64,000 nt of DNA, taken from the NCBI GenBank assembly GCA_965655095.1, contig OZ296655.1, positions 67,022,001 to 67,086,000 of the forward strand, read 5' to 3'. The notes below the pieces were generated by a model that made no database searches, was not told the origin of the DNA, and worked only from the letters and a program-made list of their open reading frames with translations. The stretch's first letter is position 1; each line of letters begins with the position of its first letter. This DNA is from Haplodiscus bocki. Taxonomy: Eukaryota. A program made the translations under genes and the position numbers. Below, piece after piece: positions 26,032 to 38,520 of the stretch.

Positions 26032-28799
26032 CTAAATAAAGAAGCAAAATGTCTTCTAATCAATTGTCAGAGCCTTCTCTCACTTAAACGTCGCTTATCG
26101 TTACTATCAAAGGTAAATTTTGTATCCGCCGACATCGTTCTGTGCACCGAAACTTGGCTGGATGAAAGATTTACACAAAATATTTTTCCTGACGACAATT
26201 ATCCAATTATAAATCGTTCGGACAGAAATACTGGTTCACATGGCGGTGTATTAATTCTGTCAAGAAAATGTTTAAAAGCGCGCAAAGTATCTCTAAATGC
26301 CGATTTTATGTGCTCAGTCATCTACAACAATGTACTTATTATTACCAAATACAATCCACCATTTACCAGTGATTTTCGCATCAAAGATATTATTCTGACA
26401 GAAAAGTTCGATAAAACTATTTCCAAAGCCAAATGTGACAACATTATTATTTGTGGTGATTTAAACATGCCAAAAATCGATTGGAACAGCATGACCGAAA
26501 GCACTACTTCGGAGTATCCCTTATTCCTCGAAATGTTAACTAAAAATGGCTATGAACAAATTATTACTTCACCCACCCATCAATCTGGAAATATTCTCGA
26601 CTGTGTGCTTATAAATTATGGGTCAACGCACTTTACCATAGATGAAAATTCATTTTCTGATCACTATTTTGTTGAGTTCGACATTCCAAGAACACACTCT
26701 TCATGCGAATCTACATCTCAGCCTATACTATCCCTTAAACCAGATTACCCAATAATAAATCAGTGTATCGGATCTAATTTATTCTCATTTTTTATACCTG
26801 ACAAGACTGCTTGTTATTCCCACTGGATTGGAGAATTAACCTCCATTATTCAACCCTTCTTCAAACGTAAGCGGCAAAGAAGAACCCAATTTCCTAGCTT
26901 TTACAGTTCGCACACTATTCACATGCTCAACAAGCTCCATACTACACAAAGAAGAATCAATCGACAACCAACGTATATTCCCACACCATCAGTTCAGATA
27001 TTAACCACCAATGTACAAGAATGTATTGCCGTTGATACCCATATCTTCATTGAAAAATTTATAGACGCAAATCTGAACGTTAATGATTGCTATAAACTGA
27101 TTAATTCTTTCCAACGTAGCAATACATTACCAGCTTGTATGACTCTAAAAGATGAAATCCTAGTTGATGATCTTAATAAAGCAAATGGTTTCAACAAATA
27201 GTTTTGCAGTGTTTTTAAGAAAGATAGTTTACCATTTTCTGATTTCTCTGAAAATACCCTAAACAATTCACAATTCAAGACGTCGATAAGGCCTTACGAC
27301 AAACAAAACGTGGTTCTAGTACAGATGCTATTAATGGTGATTTCATTTTATAGACTTCTAATGCACTGGGAATCCATTACCATAATTTATTAAAGAACTT
27401 GTTAAATCACTCATATTGGCCAAACGAATGGAAGCAAGCTATTATAACACCCCTTCATAAATCTGGTAATATCGAATCGATATGTAATTATAGAACAATT
27501 TCTTGTTTATCAAAATTATCATTAGTCTTTGAGCGCTTACTGTTCAATAAGTTATATGATTTCTTCTCCCCCCAGTTATCCGGCTCCCAATTTGGTTTTA
27601 TGAGACGCAAATCCGCGGTGCTACAACTAATAATTTTTTTGCGGGCTATCTACAATAACGTTGACACAAATACAGATTGTTATGCACTTTATCTTGATTT
27701 CTCAAAAGCATTTGATAGCGTATCTCACGCGACGCTACTCGCAAAATTACGCCTCTTTGGTATTGGAGGATCTTTGCTAAGTTTGCTATCGAGCTACCTA
27801 ACAAATCGCGTTCAATGTGTTAAACTCAACAATATTATATCAGCGTCATTACCAGTCACCAGTGGTGTGCCTCAGGGATCAATTCTGGGTCCACTCTTAT
27901 TCTTGGTTTTTATCAACGACCTGCCAACCCAAGTATCGCACTCAAAAACATTCCTGTATGCCGATGATCTTGAACTTATTCATAACAACCTTCTAGAAAT
28001 GCAAAATGATATATTAGCACTTTCTCAGTGGTCTCAGTTAAACAAATTATCATTCAATGCCAAAAACACACAGCTCCTTTCATTCGATTTTCGGTCTCAA
28101 AACTACATCACAGATATTCCAGTTCTTATCTTGGATGACCATGAGATATTTCTTCAAAAAAGCGTGGTTGATCTCGGTCTATCTTTTTCAAGCAACTTAG
28201 CTTGGTCAAAACACATATCTGATCGTCTAAAAGCATGTTACATTAAAATTATATCCTTAAGAAGATGTCTACCGCCACATTTACATAGCGAAATCAAGAT
28301 CAAATTGTATGAGACCTATATTTTACCAAAATTACTTTACGGGTCACAAGTTTGGTCCCCGAACCAGAAAGACCTATCTAAATCAGAACAGTTCCATAAA
28401 AACGTCTTTAAGTGGATATGCAAGGGTGCTACATACAAGACTAGGTTAATCGCGTCTGGTTTACTTCCTATAAATCTTCTCCTGAAAATAAACGATCTGC
28501 AATTTCTCAACCGAATCCTAAATGGCATGTACGATTTTGATTTTCATAACTTTTTATCGATCACATACCCCTGTGACAGTTTTTACTACAACACCAGATC
28601 TACCCTGAAGCCCGTTCTCAAGGTTAAATCAACTCGTACAAAGCAGGCCGACAATCACTTTTTCCAGCGAATTGTTCCCCTGTCAAACTGGTTGATGAAG
28701 GAGCACAATCTCGACTCTTTCGATGAGCCTAATATCTTCAAACCTCGAGTGGAACAGCTGTTCAAACGCTTATTTGCATTAGATGAATATGTTTTATAA
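26032..28799 (+). pseudogene. LINE ORF2 (APE endonuclease + reverse transcriptase), disrupted by stops and a frameshift at ~27200-27350
   Basis: APE motifs NCQSL, ETWL, GGV, GDLN, PTH..GNILD and SDH. RT motifs YRTISCLS, QFGF, LDFSKAFDSV, SGVPQGSILGPLLF, YADD (27957-27968) and DLG. Confidence 0.93.
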
Positions 28800-31700
28800 T
28801 TTTTATTCTGCCATATTGTTTAATTTTTAGTCATTACGAAAAGTAATAAAGTCTTACATACATACATACATATATTTTCCAAGGGTTTCCATATCCATTT
28901 CAACTCTGTGACACACAAAAAATCTCCAGAAAACCATCAAAGTTTGTTTCTTTGAAAAGTGCTTAGGATTTTACTCTGGATTGATGTTCCTTCGTTGTGA
29001 GAAAAACGATGTTTTAACTAGGTAATGCCAAACTTCTCTATAATAGTTAAGAATCTCTTCGTTAAAAAATTTTTATAAAGTGATTCAAAATCATATAAAA
29101 AACAGATTTATCATAAAAACTTTTCGTAAGACTATCTGGTAATTTTTTTATGTGGATTCAGCCACTTTAAAAAAATTCACTGAATTTTCATGAATTTTTT
29201 TCTTCTTTTATCACCATAACTTCGACAGTATGCACAAGAAATTAAACCTTCAATATTCTTTAGAAAATGTCTTCTAGGTAGAACGTGTTCTTGCTTGTTT
29301 TTCTGCTACTTTTTTGCAAACAACAGGTCGAACTGTGGACTTCAATAATTTTCCGATAAACCATTATATTTTTAAGGAATTTAAGAAACTATAGATACAA
29401 AAACAAAAAACAATATTAAAAATTTTTTTATCAAATTATCAGTTCTTTCTGAAGTCTCTCATTTCGATTGATGATGATTACTCATATTTTCTTCGACGTT
29501 TTCGAAAAGTTTATAAATTGTCATGTTTTCTACTACAAAAAGTTAGTTTAACTGTTTTTGATGATATGGTTCTAATTCGTGTTTTTCAATTACTTTTCTG
29601 GCAAAAAAATTTCAAATATCACAGAAACGAAATTCATCTTTGTTATTTTTTTTATTTATCAATATGAAAAAATATACTGATTACGTTTGTCTATATTTTT
29701 TTCATTATAGTTAACAAAATGTTAAATTGATTATACATTCATGGCTCTTTCCCATCTTATATAGTCTTCAACCTTTCTTTTATAGTGTTTTTACACCTGT
29801 TTGAAGCAAATGCCTTTATGACTTCATTTTTTCCAAAAAAACTCGTTATTTCATCTTCGCTCCCACAGAGACATCAATTTTGAACAGAGACATCTTTTTT
29901 TGTAGTGTTTTCCTGAAAAAATTGTCTTTTTGATTTCCGTCCTCTTTTTGTATTTTGTTGTTCTTTTTGATTTCATTTTCAGGTTAGGAAACATTTCTAA
30001 ATGGTAACTTGGTATTTTAACTTTTGTATTTTTTGTGCAGGTCTTTATTTCATGAGTCTAAAAACAACTTTAGAAGTATTTCTTTTATATCTTATAACAT
30101 CTTTGCTCTTAGGAAACTCTGTATAGAGTTTGCTTACAGATTTTTTCCATCATCTGTTTCATTGAAACTTAGTTTACGATTAGAATTACAAATGATCTTG
30201 AAAATATAATTTGTTACAGTTTAAGAAAAATCATTTTTCAATGGTGTTTTCCACCGTTATGTACTGAATTTATCAATAACAACTAAGATATAATCGGACA
30301 CTTCAATTTTTTCCATTTCCAAACCCCACGTACTGTCAATGTGTTTGACAACAGTTTTTTTGTTTCGCATTGTTTCCTAGCAGGTTTAGTTTGAAGTTTT
30401 TTTTTAAATATGTCAACTAATCCTTGCTCTACCACTTAGAAAAGCCCTAAACGCTTGAATGATTGTAAACTGGAAAATTTTTCCTTATGGACTGACTAGG
30501 ATGTGCATGGGTAGCGAGTTTTGTTCTCTTTTTGTGTTCTTTTTTGTTGTAAATTTGAACACACATTACTCAAAATTTTTCATTGTAATAATACAAGAGA
30601 GTCTATTTGAAGTTAAGAAAAGTCCGAATAATTTTTTTTGAGTTTGACTTTGGGTGGATGTGGTTAGTGAGTCCTTTACTTCCGTTGGTTTCAATTTATA
30701 GTCTATTTTTCCCGTAAAAAAGTCGGTTAGCAGCCCAGTCCAACTCGCGTTTATCTTAATTCCTCGCAATAAAACACGCTTCATTCAGTCATTTTAGTCA
30801 TTTAATTTCTGAATTTGCTCTTTTTCTGAAACGAAATGCACAAAAAAGAAATATTCATCCCTATCAGGGGAAATTGGAAAAAATGAGGACAACGTGTGGA
30901 AAGACGTGAGGCAAATCGTGGTTGAGGTTGAGTTGGATTGGGTTGTTGTTGTTGTTAGACAGTATTTTTTAGGCTACTATGTGACCTTCCTCGAAAAATT
31001 ACCTTTTCCGATTGTTAGAATGCCTCTTACCACCCAGAGAAGATCAAAAGCAGTTTTGTATGGTGACTTCAGCTTTTTTGAATTGAAAATCCAAGCCTGA
31101 GAGTCACCTCATATACTCATCAACGTGATCAGCCTCCCCTCCTTTTTTGGGCCAGACACGGACAGTCTCATACCCAAAATGCAGGCAGCGCAGTCACGTG
31201 ACAATTCTGTGATCCGAAACTGGACCGTCGGTCGTCTGCAATTGCGTCAATAGAACTAACAAAAGTGTACAAAATTTGATGGCGACCACAAAGGTCGAAT
31301 AGAGGAGCTGCGCCTTGAAAAAAAAGTATGGAAGATAGTCGATTTCCTTTACAGAGAGTTGTTACTCGGTTGTAATTTAAGCGTGAAAGACCTGTGGTAT
31401 TGTTTCTGATGATTTAGGAAGCATCTGCGTTCATTTTCACCAAAAAGTCTGAGATTTTCCGCAGTTTTGCTTCTTTTAAGGTAGCCTAAAATCAGTGTTT
31501 TTTTGTAGTTTTTATTAATCCCAGCTGAGCCGTAGAGAGTTTGTGCTCTATTTCAGTTTAGCTTGTTGCGTTATTGTTATCCTTGCTCAAACCCAGTCTA
31601 AAAAGTGCCCGAAATTGAAGAATATTCCAGATAGCCGTCCGGAAGGGGTCTGCCGGAACTCTAGTTTGAATCTAATAGGCGTCCATCTGGATCGGTACCT

Positions 31701-32793
31701 AGCACCCTATATACGACTTTTAGGCGCAACTTTAGGCTGATTGGTACCTCACAAATTGTTCTGTTATGGTTTGTGAGAGCTCCTTGCCTGAAACAGGAAG
31801 CAAGAAGATTGGAGAGAAGGAGAAAAATCATACAAGTTACGAAAAGATGAGTGAGAAGAAACGTTCGAGAAGCTTCAAACCGCCCCATTCAACCTCAAAA
31901 AAATTGCCCTGACACGACGTATCGTTCTTCACACAGCCAGAAAAACCGCAAAAATGTTGCTGCCAATCGCAGAATGAGATTGATTTTGTGCTAAGATGCA
32001 GATTTTAGCAGTTTTGCACCTTATTAAAACAGCTTTTGAGCTCGATATCATAACCTTGACGTCGCACTTCCCCGGTACCTTTCAACTTAGGGTGGTGATT
32101 AGTCTGAGCCTTCCCCGCTAATAGCCATCCATGAATTCTTTGGGTGCAAAAACCATCAGCACCACCTCGTTACAGAGTGATCCTGAAGAAACAGAAATCA
32201 CAGAACAGGAAATAACAGGAAAAATAAGTGGACTTCTCCGAAAAGTGGCTTAAATTTAGAAGACAATCAAGCACTTTCACGGACGCTTTCAGCACATTGA
32301 TACTCTTCCCCTGCCAATTGCAGCTAACAATGTCGGAAAATTGTCTATCGAAAATATGATTGCGCAAAAGATGAGTTTCTTACCCGAATATCAGATTCAG
32401 CACTAATTTAAGAGCTATGACGGTAAATTTCTGCCAATGAGGATCAGAATATTTTTCGAACGTGATTGCAACCATTCAAATAGTTGCATTTAGGGTCCTA
32501 AATTTGGCGTTTTAGTCAACATAGTGCACGATTACTTCGACTGCAGGAACAGGCCATTTAGCTTGGGTCCTATTTATGGAGTGCAAATCGAGTCGGTACG
32601 ATGAATTCATTAAACACGGACAATTCATCATCAAAAATTCATCGAGAATTTTCCCAAAGATCCCTGTTTGGAAAAAACAAAGGCACAGAAAAGCATTCAA
32701 CAACTTACTACCATGGCCATTCAGAGCGGGATCGAAGAAATGCAAAACACAAATCAGTGCAAAAACATCGAGCATTCAGTCCAATTTGTCCAA

Positions 32794-33639
32794 GAAAATG
32801 GAGACTAGGCCTCAACTTGTTCCCAGAGAAAGCCACCTGCGGCTCATGTCCTAGCGAGACACTGGACCAATTTGGGCAACACGCGCTGACCTGCAAGAGA
32901 GGTCCAGGCATATGCAGGCTGCACAACACTCTACGCGATTGCATTGTAGATTACTGTCTCAGAGCCCAATTGAACCCAACACTGGAGGCAGGGTCAGGCT
33001 ATCTGAATCAGACACGACCGGCAGACATTTTGTTGCCGACATGGAATCTTGGCAGAGACGCCGCTCTAGATGTAACCGTGGTGAATCCGCTCAACAATTC
33101 CAATATCGAAGGAGCGATCATCCCGGGTCAAATCACAGAGGAGGCAGCTGACAGAAAACACAGAAATAATGACGCTAAATGTCGTGAGTTCGGTTGGGAG
33201 TGCATCCCTATTGTCGTGTCCACATACGGAGGTTGGGGCAGCGAAGCAAGCGTCTTCCTTGACAGCCTTTCGTCGAGGGTAGCAATGCAGACGGTATCGG
33301 CGAAGGCAGACATCAAACGCGCGCTGTTCACCAGACTGAGCTGCACCTTAATGCGCGCCAATGCACAAATTTTGGTTTCGAGGTCCCTGCATATTGCTGG
33401 GCGCACGGAAATCGATCTTGGAGGAGACCCCACTGAATAGAGCACTCCCAGCCCCCAGTAATTAAAATGACTTCAATTGACAGCTTACTAATAATGAATC
33501 TTGCCTTGATTTTATTATTATTATTTAAAATCTGAATATCCTTGGAGATGTATTTAAACTTAAATTCTTTTATGCTTAAAATATATTTAAATTTTTTGTG
33601 ACTATTTTTTAAACTCATCTTATTTTAAAAAGAAAAAAA
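32794..33639 (+). mobile_element. 5'-truncated CRE-like non-LTR retrotransposon (restriction-like endonuclease class)
   Basis: C-x2-C...HALTC zinc knuckle, RLHN, RPADI, LDVTV, RKH..N and CIPIVVSTYGGWG motifs; stop at 33440; AT-rich 3' UTR; poly(A) at 33627-33640; TSD AATTTGTCCAA at 32783-32793 and 33640-33650. Confidence 0.9.
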
Positions 33640-36600
33640 AATTTGTCCAAAGTCCATTTTTGCAAGCACGAAGATGGCTTTTTGTCAGATCTACTCGACT
33701 GATATTGTTCCTAGTCCTACCCAACTAGAACAGGCGCTTTCCATATTTGGTGAGCACACCACCACCGTTGATGAACGACAGAGATACCCACTATAATTTT
33801 GAAACTTTTGAAATCTAATTTTATCGGGCAAAACTGACATTAGCTGACAGCTGAATTTTTGAGGTATGCCATTTTTTAAAAAGTTAACTGAGTAAAATTG
33901 TTAGTTCTTAACGTTATCCAGGAGATAACTTAATCAAATTTTACAGGATCATCTTTATTGTCACAAAAACTTCAATCGGAATTTTTTTCTTGCTGATAGA
34001 ACCATAGAGTTTGTTGCTAAAATGGTTGAGATAACTTATCATTGTCAAACGAGAGAAAGTAAAACAATTGTCCGGGAAAAAGCGGTGGTTGCGCAGAAAT
34101 CTCACCTCAAACTTCAGATGAAAACAAGACCTGGTCGATAAAATTGGGAAAGCCTGCTTAAAACTACAATGATGATTTTTGGGAGCAAAACAGTCTTCTG
34201 TTCATTGCCGAGTTCTTGAGACTCGCCACTTTTGATTGAGAAGCAAGTGTTGAAAGGAGCTATTTTCACCAATTTTTCTATGAAAATTAATTTTAAAAAA
34301 CAAACGGCTTTTTTAATACAAAAAATGCAGTCTTTCGGAAGTTTAGGTTTTAGACAGAGGATAACAGAGTCACTTGATCACCTAATACAGGTAACAAATG
34401 GTTATCAAGACAGTAACACTGTAGCAATCAAACTACCAATGGAAGTAGAAAGTATAACGCAGATGACCAGAAACAGTTCTAAAAACTTCCAATTGCATTC
34501 TTGAAGTGAAAAAATATCCAGTTGAGTTGCATGATCTTGAGGCACTCCATTTTCGATTGGGAAATCTTTGTGAAACGGAGCAGGTTCTATCCATAACCGA
34601 TTGTGAACCTAATCAAAATGATTGGATTGTTCTGACTGGCCCGAGAACGTTCATGAGGATTACTTTAGCTCGCTCAGAAAATGAAGGCATCCTTTGCCTT
34701 GCAGTCCCAGTCGAGATAACATTGAATTGTCACGACCTTGGAAAAGAAGCTTTTTCATGCAGAAAAAGCGCTTTTTGTACCCATTTCCTCATGAGTTTTC
34801 CAATAAAGATAAACGTATTGCTCTAGAAACTCGCAATTCATTTGAAACTTTCTCCTGCTTGTTTTTGTTCGCGTTGCTGATATCAATTGATAGATGGGTT
34901 AATGAGATCTACTGCGCTTGATTCGGACGGTTTGAAAAATAATGGATTTTACTTTTATCATGTGAAAATCAAACGAAAGATTTTTGAGTTGTCAATATGT
35001 CAAAGAATGCTTTGAATCGGAAGCTGAGTGTCTGTGCAGACCACAAAAACAGCCATTCAAAACCGAATTGAGAAAAAATACTGCTAACAAGACTGAACAG
35101 AAGCAAATTCTCTTAAAAAGTAATATTTCACCTGATAATTTTTCCGATAAATTCACAATAGAGATGTCTCCGACGCTTCAGATAGTCAAGACATTTTCGA
35201 AAGTTTTCCATCTTGTTTTTGCAAGCAGAAGTTATGTCGGTGGAAAGCTGGGTTGGGGAGGCACAGTGTTTCCGATTGAGAAATCAGTGTGAAAAGCAGC
35301 AGTTTTTACCGTTATTCGAGTGAAAAAGTTATCAGAATAGCTTGGATTCCCTATAGCGGAAACAAGGCTTTCAAGTTGCATACTCGGAGGTGCAAAATGT
35401 CCATTGTCTTTATCAGGGATAGAATACGCTTCTCAAGGAAGCTCAATTTGGAGCAAATGCCCCAAAAAATGATTTTTTTGACGACTAAATACTGAAATTT
35501 TTCATACAATTACGGCGTACGCTCAAAATGTGTTCGTACTTATCCACTTTCAATCCCCAAAGAACAAATGAAACCAGTTGAGTTTCAGGTAGATGACACA
35601 TACTGCTTTAGGTTATAAAATTTGTTATGGAGCATTTTTTGTCGAAAAGGCGGTTTCAACTCTAGTAATATTTTTATTAAACTCCCTTTTGAAAACTCTG
35701 CAATGCCTGAGATACTCAGGGAAGTCAAATGTTTCCCCATTTTGTGTAACGCAAAATTGACCTCAGTTGAGTGTCGGGTTCATGAGACTTGACGTCTTCG
35801 AAGAGGGTAATCAGTTTAAAGAATAGCAGTTTTCAACGTCTTAAACATAACGTAATCAAATTAACTAGGAGTGTCTTTAATTCACAGACCTCTATCTGTT
35901 GTCAAAGAATTCATGTTTGCTCAAGGAACAATGGAGTTGATTGAACTACTAATTGAGATAAGGTATAGTTTTCAAGAGAGTAAAAACCGTGAAGATCTCT
36001 AAAAAGGAGCATTTGTTGGAATTGAACATTTAACTGAACATCGAATAAAATCAATCTAAAAGCCTCAGTTGATTTAACATGAAATGGGATGTTTTTTATT
36101 AAATTTTTCGAGGAAAATTTGAATGCAGTTGAAAGCTGGGTCATTCAGATTTATCGTTTCTGATTGGGAAATCCGTTCGAAAAATGTCAGCTTCTAGTTT
36201 TTACCAAAGCTTCTGATAAAATAAATTGTAAACCGCACACATTGAATCTGCTTCTGAAAGATGTGAAACTGGTTTTCGGAAGCCAAATTGTTTGCAATTG
36301 ACTGCCCGTTGTTCATGATTTGAGTGTTTCAACTCAAAAACATATGTTGAAGTGGCAATTTTTAACTTTTCCTTCCTGAACTTTTTCAAAAAGATTTGCG
36401 TCGCCCAAAATACAAGAAATGCAATCAATCGGGGTTTTAACTCTTACACAGAGGACAACATAGGCACTTGCAAGACTAATTAGGATACCCTACGGTTGTC
36501 AGGACAGTATATTTGAAACAATTTGTTCGAAATAAACACCTCGTTTCCTGAAAAACTCTCCCTCAAACTTCCACTAACTCTGAATGGAACGCTTTTGATA

Positions 36601-38079
36601 TTAATTGTGGTTTTGAACTTCATCAATCTGTTTTGTACAACTTGCAACCATATTTCCTCATTGTATGGATAAGACACCATTTTAGGGCTGGTTTGCTGAG
36701 AGATACCGTTTTCGATTGTGGAACTTTTGTGAAACTTTGTAGCCTTTCATTTTCTATGTGAAAACTAAATCAAAGGTTCTAGTATCGTTTATAATGCCCC
36801 GCATGGGATCACTGGGACTTTTTGTATTTCCTCACAAAATAGAATTGTCAATTGCATACCAAGTTGGTATGACATACTTTTTTGAAGACAGTGAAAAAAG
36901 AAAGCAGTTCTGAGTGTATTTTCCATCAAACATCTGATGAGGAAAAATGGCGAGTAGCAGGTAATTAAATAATGTTCCAAAAGGTGGAAAATTTTTTCAA
37001 AGACAGAACCGTTTTCAATAGAACTCCACGCTCTTGAGGCCCAGTGTTTTTGATTGAAAAACTTGTGTAGAAAGTAGAAGGTTTCAACATTACACGGCTG
37101 AATACTAAATTGGAACTTCTTCGATAATCCATATTGGTATTCGGGTCTTCTTTAAAAATTACTGTTCTTGCTCGGCGAAGAAAAGTGTCAGTTGCAGACG
37201 GAGTTGAGATGGCATGCATGTGTCAAGAATCTAAATTAGAAACAATTTTTTTTCAAAGAATACGCTTTTTTCCTCGCAAGCTTTTTATGAATATTTTATA
37301 AGAATATAAAACCCCGTACATATCAAAAATTTCAATGTTTTTTTTGGTTTTTTTGTATCTAAATTTGTTTTTTTTTCTGTTTTGCAAGGCAAAATTTACA
37401 TCAGCTGATGTCTTGGTTACTGTGAAATACCGTTTTAGATTTGAAGTTCCGTGTTTAATGTAACAACTATTGTCTTGTTGAAATCTTTTTCAGAAAATTT
37501 TGCATTGTCAAAAATTCAAAAACTTCCAACTTGCTTCCCACGGGTCCAAAGTTTTTTTGCAATTTAGTTGTGATAGTATACGGTAAACAAAACAGCAAAA
37601 TTTGAACGGATGTTTTGTAAAACACCTTTTTCTCTAAAAATTGAACTCAGTTTTCCAATGAAAACAGTTGCAACGCTGCATTTTTCAAAAATTTGGTCAA
37701 AAAGTTTCCTATTGTTCTCTTGAGGATGAACAAACAATATCCGGGTGCAAACTTAATCAAAAGTGCTAAGATTGTCTATAAAAAGATGAAGCATTTCATT
37801 CTGCTCACTCAAAAGTCCCGTTCAACAATCAATAACATGAATATATGATTGTGAATAAAAACCGAAATCTTGGCAAAGACCGTTTTGATGTAAGATATCT
37901 CTGTGAGAGCTGACACTTTTTACCAGTACCGGAGTGCGCACTTAGTCGAAAGTGGTTGAATCTTCAATTTCAGAGTGAAGGCTTTCAATGCACCTACGCA
38001 TAGGTCCAAGTTTTCTCCTCACATACAATTAGTGATTTCATACCGCTTCCGAGAAAACAAAACCGGATCCAATTTTTGG

Positions 38080-38520
38080 AGATTTGACGTTATTTTTAAG
38101 AAGATGAAAAGGCTTTTTTTCTCGAAAAAACACTTTCTTCATCATAATTTCTAACTTTTCCAACTTTCAAAAATTACCCTTTTCTTGCCCAAAAAACCTC
38201 ATAAGGAGGGCGTAAAAGACATTTTTACGAATTAAGACCATTTGATACGCATTCTACAGCAAATTTGCCACCTTCATCGATTTTGAAAAAATTTCAAGTT
38301 TTCTTTACTAAGACCCATCTATTTTTTCAAAAAAATCCCAATATTTGAACGTTTTGAGAACTCTTACTATTCCAGTCGCATTCTACGGCAAATTTGCTGC
38401 AATTTGGTCAAAAAACACTTTCACGTTCAGTAGCGTGAACAAATTTGCCAATTTGGCGTGAACGCAATTGGCAAACATCGGGTAAAAAAACGTCAGAGTT
38501 AGCGCATTTGAGAGGAATAT
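38080..38520. repeat. Dispersed AT-rich repeat with internal ATTCTAC(A/G)GCAAATTTGC duplication
   Basis: Motif at ~38251 and ~38380. The segment TTCATCGATTTT...ACCCATCTA also occurs at ~13383-13431. Confidence 0.5.

Larger units (their letters stand above)
25753..28872 (+). mobile_element. 5'-truncated CR1/L2-group (APE-type) non-LTR retrotransposon
   Basis: ORF1 C-terminus, APE endonuclease, RT, short 3' UTR with AATAAA and a (CATA)n tail at ~28857-28872. Confidence 0.93.

Noticed and set aside
31543-31740. Plus-strand ORF with a signal-peptide-like start (MLYFSLACCVIVILAQ)
   Set aside because: Starts at GTG rather than ATG, is short, has no supporting exons, and lies antisense to the inferred CUB/TM fossil.
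32601-33440. 279-aa ORF as a genuine host gene
   Set aside because: The TSD at 32783-32793 shows the first ~64 codons are flanking DNA joined to a retrotransposon 3' end.
34232-35495. Chain of plus-strand short ORFs as an operon-like cluster
   Set aside because: No recognisable motifs; the CUB-like signal here is on the opposite strand.
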